Part shown: piece after piece, positions 31,670 through 32,000 of the stretch
Layout of the letters: every line of letters begins with the position of its first letter
Numbering within the stretch: the first letter of the stretch is position 1
Assembly (NCBI RefSeq): GCF_016592615.1
Contig: NZ_AP013043.1
Location: forward strand, 1,410,001-1,442,000
Direction of reading: 5' to 3'
Length of the DNA: 32,000 bases
Origin: Isorropodon fossajaponicum endosymbiont JTNG4
Lineage (GTDB): Bacteria; Pseudomonadota; Gammaproteobacteria; PS1; Pseudothioglobaceae
The notes under the pieces: generated by a model
What the model was told of the DNA's origin: nothing
The model's database searches: none
What the model saw: the letters and a program-made list of their open reading frames with translations, nothing else
Position numbers and translations under genes: made by a program

Positions 31670-31833
31670 ACCCTAAAACCGTCAAAGGCAATCATGGTGA
31701 AGTTGAACTTGCTATCCCAAGAGACCGCAGAGGTAGCTTTGAACCTTTAATTATTGAAAAAGGTCAAACGCCGATTGGGTGCTTTTGATAGTCAGATATT
31801 AAGCCTATATGCCAAAGGCATAGGTACCCGTGA
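31670..31833 (+). repeat. 164-bp IS256-like transposase gene fragment, copy 2 (exact copy of 20789-20952)
   Basis: Identity is 164/164. Identity stops on the left at 31669 and on the right at the IS3-type end beginning at 31835. Confidence 0.9.
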
Positions 31834-31834
31834 T

Positions 31835-32000
31835 TGCAATAGTCTAATTTTATTGGACACAAAGATAGCCTTATAATACAAACCATAAGGAGGTCAGTAA
31901 TGACACAATATAAATCAAGAAAACAACGAGTGACTTTTACCGTTGAACATTCTGTTCAATACCCCCTTGAGGGGGGAACACTAGATTATGCCAAACTCAT
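31835..32000 (+). mobile_element. left end of an IS3-family element (same type as remnant 20341-20467), runs off the window
   Basis: The terminal sequence TGCAATAGTCTAATTTTATTGGACACA resembles the TGCAATGCTCTAACCTACTTGGACACA end at 20341. RBS AAGGAGG and ATG at 31900 open an ORF (MTQYKSRKQRVTFTVEH...) compatible with an OrfA start. Confidence 0.55.

Noticed and set aside
31114-32000. Prophage or genomic island integrated at ssrA.
   Set aside because: Only IS fragments and a palindrome are visible. There is no integrase, no phage gene and no duplicated ssrA 3' end within the window. I reported it as a site to extend rather than as an island.

Overview
AT-rich, gammaproteobacterium-like chromosomal segment (the tmRNA tag ANENNYALAA and the ftsH-folP-glmM and lptE-holA gene orders fit that assignment). 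It has an intact housekeeping backbone: kdsB', folD, purEK, bioFH, thiG, tRNA-Ser, trpC, kdsA, dapB, glmM, folP, ftsH, lptE, holA, proA, tyrS and ssrA. The main signal is not a new multi-gene system, and I found no coherent defence, toxin or secretion locus. What stands out is dense gene decay between about 5.6 and 23 kb. At least 11 chromosomal genes there carry in-frame stops, frameshifts or internal deletions: a UbiA-family prenyltransferase, an ECF sigma factor, its Spy/CpxP-like partner, an EF-hand protein, cytochrome b561, recQ, DUF2238, an ETHE1-like MBL hydrolase, DUF4395, an SMR pump and ogt. This stretch also holds a nested insertion-sequence graveyard at 20.3-22.3 kb: an IS3-like remnant cut by an IS256-like element, which is in turn cut by an IS407-like IS3 element that is itself dead. 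A 164-bp fragment of the IS256-like transposase gene, identical down to the same frameshift, recurs just downstream of ssrA beside another IS3-type end. The pattern fits a genome undergoing reductive evolution, for example a host-restricted or symbiotic lineage, but that is inference. Some homopolymer-linked frameshifts could be sequencing errors. All product calls come from reading the translations by eye, with no database search.
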